Source of the DNA: Trichoplax adhaerens
Lineage: Eukaryota; Animalia; Placozoa
Direction: 5' to 3'
Assembly (NCBI RefSeq): GCF_000150275.1
Contig: NW_002060979.1
Location: 280,612 to 344,611 of the forward strand
Length of the DNA stretch: 64,000 bases
This document shows, one piece after another, positions 57,601-64,000 of this stretch. Below the pieces are notes generated by a model. The model made no database searches. It was not told the DNA's origin and saw nothing but the letters and a program-made list of their open reading frames with translations. The position numbers and the translations under genes were made by a program. How positions within the stretch are numbered: the first letter of the stretch is position 1; every line of letters starts with the position of its first letter.

Positions 57601-59246
57601 TATTTCAATATTACTTTAATAGTTCTTTTATCAATTTTTATATATTTAGTAGTAACCAATGCCCGTATTATTTATTCTTATTAATAAAACTTTTATTGAT
57701 AATTTGCTTGTTGCTTTTAGCTGTCATCGAGTATGAATCAAAATAGTCTTACAAGAGCCAATTATTTAGATTCAGTGGTAGAATCATTCACGTAAGCAGA
57801 TTGGGATAATTTCTTCCTTGGAGCAATGCAAGATTATGTCAATGAAATTTACAATTTAATCCCTCTTTCACTTAAATAACTGAATGTGCGCCCTTTATTA
57901 AAAGAGTAAGCAGCAAAATGTTGTTAATTTTATATTATTAGGCAAACAATCAATGGAATGACTTCTTGCCACTATATTTTAATTTTAAGAGCTACTTCCA
58001 ATATTACTGTAGTGCAGCTAAATACAGTAGCTGGTAGCGTTGTAAGAATTGGAAATTATAATGTTACTCAATCCAGCCTCTCAGGTATGAAAGTAATTTT
58101 CTTTCGTAAATTATTGCAATACTAATTAATTAATGATTAATCTTGGAAAGATTACAATGAATGTGAAAACTTAACTCCCTGTGGGCAAAGTAAAATTTGC
58201 AACAATACCATTGGAAGCTATAAATGTAACTGCATAGCTGGGTATGCTAGAAATTCTTCTAATGGACTCTGCCAAGGTTAGTTTTTATTAAACTATTTCT
58301 TTACAACTTTAATTCATCATTAATTAAATGGAAGACACTAACTGTCCTTTAATTATGGAGGATAAAGGTGATTAGTACCGTTTCATTTTGATTTTACTAA
58401 TTTTCTGTAATTCTTAATTTGCAATACAGCAAATTGCCCTAGAAGTTACTGCTTAAACCAAGGTCAATGCTATTACAATAACGGCAAGATGGCATGCTCG
58501 TAAGTAATAATTTCACATAACAGGATGTTGTATGTTTCGGTCCGAATTTGAAATAGTAGTATAAATGTCATTAAAAAATTGAAATTCTAATTTGCACCGC
58601 ATCCTTTGTAATCTATCAACAGATGTACCGCCAGCTATACCGGTGATAGGTGCCAAAACGTTCGTCTGTCAGGTAAAACTTTTAGATAAAGAATGCACAA
58701 CTACAAGTATAAACATACATCGAAACTAAATTTCAATCTAAATTCATGTCAACATGAACTAATGTCTATATTTTATTGTAGTCGTAGCAATCATCGGAAT
58801 ATCTTTGGGTTCTGTTGTTGGAGTAATTACAATAATTGCCCTAGTTGCATTCGCAATCAAAAAATGTAGATCAGAAAAAACGTAAGTTAGAGTAATGAAC
58901 AAGGGGCTTCAAGTTAATCTATCCTGATACTATTTTGTATTAGCAATAATATTAATACTTTATAATTTACTAGAGCTCACATAACTGATGATCAGGACGG
59001 CAAAAGTACCGAAAATATGTTTATGTCCTCTGTTTTAGTTGGTGAGTCAACATGAATCATAAAACACTAATAGATGTACTAGAACAGCAATGAAATAAAT
59101 TCTTTGCCTACGATATCACACCAAATATCTTTTTTGATAAATTAACGGTAATTATAAATACTTTATAAATAACATGAATAGGAGGTACAATTAATAGAAA
59201 CTATAAGAATGATGATGAAAAGGAAAATGAATATGAAGCCGTGTAA
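39697..59246 (+). CDS. Gene 4: giant MUC4/SUSD2-like transmembrane mucin with Frizzled CRDs, SRCR, Ig, ~27 EGF, NIDO-AMOP-VWD, SEA and TM (~52 exons, ~3,100 aa)
   Basis: Exon-by-exon translation with GT-AG sites and compatible phases from 39697 ([11 protein letters not shown]..) to the stop at 59244-46 (..ENEYEAV*). ORF-track fragments correspond to FZ (41787, 42524, 48021, 48676), SRCR (43253, 45785, 47187), mucin (49156), Ig (49965), NIDO (53247, 54154) and AMOP/VWD (54719, WFWGDPH). Confidence 0.85.
40632..41184 (-). mobile_element. 553-bp solo-LTR-like element (family C) in a gene 4 intron
   Basis: TGTCAC...GTAACA termini; 5-bp TSD with one mismatch, ATAAT/GTAAT; homologous to 9194-10343 minus the nested insert. 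Confidence 0.82.
41767..42995 (+). CDS. Gene 4: Frizzled-like cysteine-rich domains 1 and 2 (ROR/MuSK-type), linked by a 10-nt microexon
   Basis: 10-Cys pattern starting CxxYxGxxC (CSVYKGSFC; CFVYSGNVC) with C-x3-C (CQSDC; CKSDC); exons 41767-42135, 42426-42435, 42601-42995. Confidence 0.85.
43254..47376 (+). CDS. Gene 4: four SRCR domains interleaved with EGF exons
   Basis: SRCR exons 43254-43592, 44173-44502, 45801-46127 and 47059-47376 (RLV/Q.G..G.VEVYYNG.W..ICDD..VICRQLG..), with 2, 4 and 2 single-exon EGFs between them. Confidence 0.88.
47945..49093 (+). CDS. Gene 4: Frizzled-like CRDs 3 and 4
   Basis: [34 protein letters not shown] and [33 protein letters not shown]. Confidence 0.85.
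49202..49454 (+). CDS. Gene 4: Thr/Ser-rich mucin-like (O-glycosylated) stalk
   Basis: [38 protein letters not shown]. Confidence 0.8.
52976..55842 (+). CDS. Gene 4: NIDO-AMOP-VWD core with GDPH autocleavage motif (54899-54910)
   Basis: LYPHG..SDDG; [18 protein letters not shown]; [11 protein letters not shown]; CPC..QA.LD.RF; CCY; YCC..LC.LY...RPS.NC.GY.PP; [24 protein letters not shown]; [15 protein letters not shown]. Confidence 0.92.
57146..59246 (+). CDS. Gene 4: SEA, cbEGF, juxtamembrane EGF, TM and acidic Tyr-containing tail
   Basis: SEA exons 57146-57252, 57721-57791, 57942-58084; cbEGF 58151-58276; split EGF 58430-58499 + 58623-58672; TM 58782-58881; tail 58974-59041, 59182-59246. 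Confidence 0.82.
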
Positions 59247-59883
59247 GTTGACAATGCAATATTGTATTAAAGCTCTACGTAAATCTCAGGCTGATATTGT
59301 TACCTTACTGATCTCGCGGTATCTAAATCAATTAATCACCATTAATCGATATAGTGAACCAATGATTTAACTCCAAGGATTCTAATGAAGATTTTGTATA
59401 AGAAACTCGCTAGAAAACTTCATACTAGGCTATGATAGAAAGAAACTTATAGCAGATGAAATTCAATGAAATAAATCTTTTTATCGTCATTCTATAAATT
59501 AGTGCTAAATTACTTCCTTGTTGCTATAGGATCAATGTAAGCTTTAACTCTTTCATGACGCTAGTTATAGGTAGTTTGTTTATAATTTTTTGGATTGTTC
59601 TACTTCTTCAAGTTCGCTTTTAGTAAGAAAAACTTGTTCGCTAATATTTTCAAAGTACACATTCAGTAATACTAATTTATGCTTGTTAATCGATTCTTTC
59701 ACGATTTGAATAAAAATTAAGACATTTTTTACCTTGCTTACCTGTTTTAAGTTATTTAGTAAGGCATACTCGTACATGTACAGTAATAAACAGCCTCTAG
59801 TTTATATTTTGATAGGATAATGAGGAAAATATATCCGTAAATGGGCTATGAAGTATCACTTTTATCATCTCAATTGAAAGCAG

Positions 59884-59933
59884 NNNNNNNNNNNNNNNNN
59901 NNNNNNNNNNNNNNNNNNNNNNNNNNNNNNNNN
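59884..59933. other. Assembly gap (50 N)
   Basis: Run of N. Confidence 1.
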
Positions 59934-60466
59934 CAATCCTCATGGCTGCATTCTGAAGAAGCATAGACTCCATCCTCGGCAGCTTACATCACTGCTGCAG
60001 GGATTAGCTAGACACTAAATCATGTTCTCTAGCACCTCGTCTAAACACTTCCGCGATCAGTTTCAAATTTGAGCGAAAATATTCGTTTACGCGGATTGTA
60101 TATTTTGTAAAGAATATGGTAAACGCTATATAGAAATCTGTGCGTTCAGTAATAGATATTGAACATTTTTGTGCTAAAAGCCCGGCTACGCAGGATTTCG
60201 TGGTGTCATAAACAAGATTCGTGATAAAGATAACGTAAAGCAAATCTCTAAATTACTTAGTCTCCGAGATTGAGTATCCCTGAACTACCTCAAAAGAATT
60301 TAGACGCTTTTGCTTCTATGTTAAAACATCTATAGAACTCTTCTTTTATTCGGCTAACTGCCTAGCTTGAATACCTTTCGGCAGCAACTATCTTGTATAA
60401 GTCATAATAGTTCATGAAGTTAACTCATATTAGATATCTAAATTAATACAAAAATTATTCATAATC

Positions 60467-60900
60467 TTAGACATGTATTTGATTTCCATAAATATCATAT
60501 ACTTCTTCGAAAGTAAATTTATCGGTGCCTTCGAGGAATGATTTCCCATAATTCATGAGAAATTTTTGGCCTTTAGGAACAGTAACAACTCGGTTGTCTC
60601 TCGCAAAGTACATTAAATCTATTATGTAGTGACTTTCTTCATAGTTTTTAAAAGCATACTCTAACTCACCGTTCTTATTAGTCCTAAAGGTTCTATTATC
60701 TCCATTTGCTGCGAATCCATAATGGCGATAAGCGCATTTATGGAGATAATACGAGACTATTTCTGCTCGAGTAGGATGAATGTTGCGCAAACATTCCGAA
60801 ACGGAATGACTGCAATAGGTTGGATCCTGTTGGCGATAAACCTCTTCACTGCAATTTTTACTGTTGGAAAGTTTTATCTAGTATATGAAACGCACCCATT
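60467..60900 (-). pseudogene. Intronless ORF remnant of unknown (possibly viral/retroelement) origin
   Basis: The 107-aa ORF extends upstream in frame (IKLSNSKNCSEEVYRQQDPTYCSHSVSECLRN..) to a TAG preceded by MKWVRFIY. TATATAAAG on the minus strand at ~61074-82. No recognisable domain. Confidence 0.35.
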
Positions 60901-62453
60901 TCATTTCATCAAGATGTGTGTATCGTAGCGTAGTTTTTACTCGAATGCGTAAACGTATTTCTGCTACATGTAGTTTGTTATGAACTGCTCTGTGACGAGT
61001 AATATGCCTTAACACATAGACTACTATATTCTCGTGTGAAGGCAAGAAACGATTTTTGTAAGTTGTACCTGACTTTATATACCGTATCTCTGTACACCGT
61101 AATGGTGCGATACCCCCTCCGCCACATTGTACTATAATCTATTCCGAAAAGAATGAACACATCACGAACATCACGAAGTTACATTGCAATTACAAGGTGC
61201 GCTGGTACCACAACCATATTGCACGTTACTCTATACATTTTACAACTACAGACGTTACATAGTTAGAATTACTCATGTCTTTACATACAGGCGATGAGTA
61301 GCATGGGGCCTAATATATGATGGCCGAATTTTGTCTATTGATCCTAACTACGTATGTTAAATATATAACTATCATTGTATCAGTTCATACCATAACTAAT
61401 ATTGCAATTTGATAGGCTGGAGCAGTTCACATTTGGCATAATATGCCATTCCAGTATTAAATTTGTTTAGTTTGAAATAAAGCATTGCTTTTGTAATGCA
61501 AGGTTGGATGAGTGAACGGTAGCAAAGTTGGTTGGCATGCAGATAATTACTCCAATAATTTAGTCGAAAAAAAATTTATTGTATACGGTAGTGCCATAAA
61601 TTTAAATTGCGAATTACTACCTTAAACTAATAGATTACTTATTCCTATCTCCATTACACCTGGAGGTATTATTGTGTGGTAGTCCTATACTACTTCCGGT
61701 CACACAGGAATAAGGCTGTTCTAAAAGTTTAGTATAGTTTTTATTAATAGAGTAGCCAAAACGCTATCTAATCACGAATTGAAGAGCTGAGCATTCGCTC
61801 CTTCTTTTATGCCCTACCATCAAACTTGTGGTGCACACATAGTAATTTAGCAACGTAACATTTACTTGATTCGTACTGGAAAACAGCCCTCAATAAATTA
61901 TATAGTTTACCATAGCAATAATAAAAGACTATTACTCTGTCATTACATATAGATACAACTAGCAAACAACTATAATTGGCAATAACTAATACGTAGTCAA
62001 TTAAACAAACGAGGCTCAGAGCATGCTATTCGCACGTTAATAAGGTACATTCTCACAATGAACTTTTGTTAACTTCCGGGGCTCGAGACAGTATTATGTT
62101 ACACTAATGAGTCATTTACCTACCTTCCATACCAGTTACACCCGTTATTATGTTTAATCTTAATGAACTGTGTAGGGAGTCTATTAACGGAATTTAGGAT
62201 TGACTAATTTCACTGCTTGACCATAAATTATATAAGATATAGTGTCTTAAGAGTATTCTTTAATACCTGTAATATTTACTGACGCAAGTGCTGAATTTTA
62301 GGAAATAGGTCAGCTAGATTGTAATCTAGTTGTTTTTAGTGATATTAGAATCATCAGAATGACTATTTGAGTCTATAATGAGATTCAATATACAGTAGGT
62401 ATATAATTAGTTTTTCACGTATTGCCCTTTATCACTTTTTCGTCTCATTCTTT

Positions 62454-63780
62454 TGTAATGAAATAAAAAGTGTAGAGATCAACCTACGAAAGAAACTTTA
62501 ACAAGCTTTGATTCTACTTTCGTTGCACTCCGGTCGACTTAACGAAACTTTGACACCAAATAAAATTTGGGGAAATAACCGAACAGCAATTTATTACAAA
62601 ACAAAAATGGAGAGAAGTACAAACCGAACAACCTTACAAATACTTAGCTTTAAGTATTAATAAAATAAATGACAGACTTAAAAACTGCCAACGACCAAAC
62701 AACCTTTTAAAATGAAGAACGTTTTAACTTACGACAATTCGACCCCGAAGGCCTTTTAAATTCAACAAGTTCTTCAAATAAAATCTTCTACTCTCTCTAA
62801 ATTTTCTAATTGCACTATCATTAATAGGCTTTGTAGAGCCGCCAGAGGTATTTTAAACTAAATGTTTGCTAACCAATCGCTCTTAAGATCCGTTTTAGAA
62901 AACTACTTTGCACCATTTAAGAAAACAAAAATCACTCAAAGTTCAGACACAACTTACCCTATGATTCCATTACAAAACACTATAAACCAACAAGTTAACT
63001 ATGAAAATACATCAAACTTCACTTCTAACTTAATTTCTATCATTAATACACTATAAAAGTCAAAAAATAACAGTCTAACTACTTAATAATCAACACAACC
63101 TCTGCCAATTTCCATCTTATTTTCTATTTTCCTCACTAAACTTTCCTAATGTGACTTTCGCGTCACGTCATAAAATTCCAAAGTTTCAAATTCATAACAA
63201 AAAGTTCAAATTTAAAAAATCAAGTCTTACGATATTATCCATGAACAAAAATCCAAAAATTATAACAGGAAAATTATATCGGACATTAATCCGACCGGTT
63301 CCGGAATCCGAATCCGAAAAATCCGGATTTTATAAAGATCACAATAATCGATTATCAAAAAATTTTATATGACTATTACGACTACTTTTCTGATATTAGT
63401 ATCGCTGAGTATTGACAGTTGATGTTTTAGCGTCAGATTGTACGGTAACTGTACGATTATACACTACATTACAGTACTTTACCGCCATTTTAAAAATCCC
63501 CTTTCCCTAAGGATAGGGTTTTGTTACTAAGTCAAATTCCTTTACAATTTGAATAGATGATCAAACGCCCTTTCTTTAGATTAGGCAATAGCTCTATGGC
63601 TACTACTATAGTAACCTATATAATACCTTGTAAAATAATGAAGAAGAAAAGATGGTGACATTCTGATTTGGCAGGGTAAAACTTAAAGACACTATCACTT
63701 TCTAGGTATTTTCTATAGTAAAATAATACTAGTTACATACTAAACGCTATAAAGGACTCTACTTATAGTCCTTTATAACA
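62454..63780. mobile_element. ~1.33-kb solo-LTR-like element (family A, copy 2; opposite orientation to copy 1)
   Basis: TGTAATGAAA...TTTATAACA termini, 4-bp TSD CTTT (62450-53 / 63781-84); reverse complement of 13696-15051. Confidence 0.88.
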
Positions 63781-64000
63781 CTTTGCCTATAAGTAAATAC
63801 CAATAAAAACGCTGCAGTTTGAGTTTCCGTCATTTGTCATTTAAGAACTTAAAAAAATTTCTATTTCATCATTTGGCGCATATTGATAAGATTTCTGACA
63901 CCGATAGCGATATTTTATAGGGCATCTTTCAGCTCCTTTTTCTGTCAAATACATATTGAATTCAATACAAGTTATACAATACGGTATCGAGCTCACCATC

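Noticed and set aside
62862-63372. ORFs inside family-A copy 2 as gag/pol remnants
   Set aside because: No retroelement motifs are recognisable, and the frames appear disrupted in copy 1.

Overview
AT-rich, intron-rich eukaryotic (metazoan) genomic DNA; the compact GT-AG introns, low GC, EGF/SRCR/Frizzled/NIDO repertoire and TTAGGG-type repeat suggest an early-branching animal such as a placozoan (inference only). Manual splicing reveals a + strand tandem cluster of four type-I membrane-protein genes that the ORF track mostly misses. (1) ~2.1-3.6 kb: 3' part of an EGF-cbEGF-EGF-TM gene. (2) 20.6-25.5 kb: a complete 244-aa SP-EGF-cbEGF-EGF-TM gene. (3) ~30.0-33.6 kb: a SEA-cbEGF-EGF-TM gene. 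(4) ~39.7-59.2 kb: a ~52-exon, ~3,100-aa giant mosaic receptor/mucin (EGFx3-FZx2-SRCR/EGF arrays-FZx2-Thr-rich mucin-EGF-Ig-EGFx9-NIDO-AMOP-VWD(GDPH)-EGFs-SEA-EGFs-TM-tail). All four end in the same exon cassette: a juxtamembrane EGF split by a phase-2 intron between Cys4 and Cys5 (the ErbB-ligand-type exon pattern) followed by an exactly 100-nt TM exon. Intergenic and intronic DNA contains at least four families of TG...CA elements with 4-5 bp target-site duplications (solo-LTR-like, some nested, two with empty-site paralogues in the window). It also contains a fold-back with telomeric repeats, a ~125-bp minisatellite, an assembly gap and a decayed intronless ORF region at 59.3-62.4 kb.
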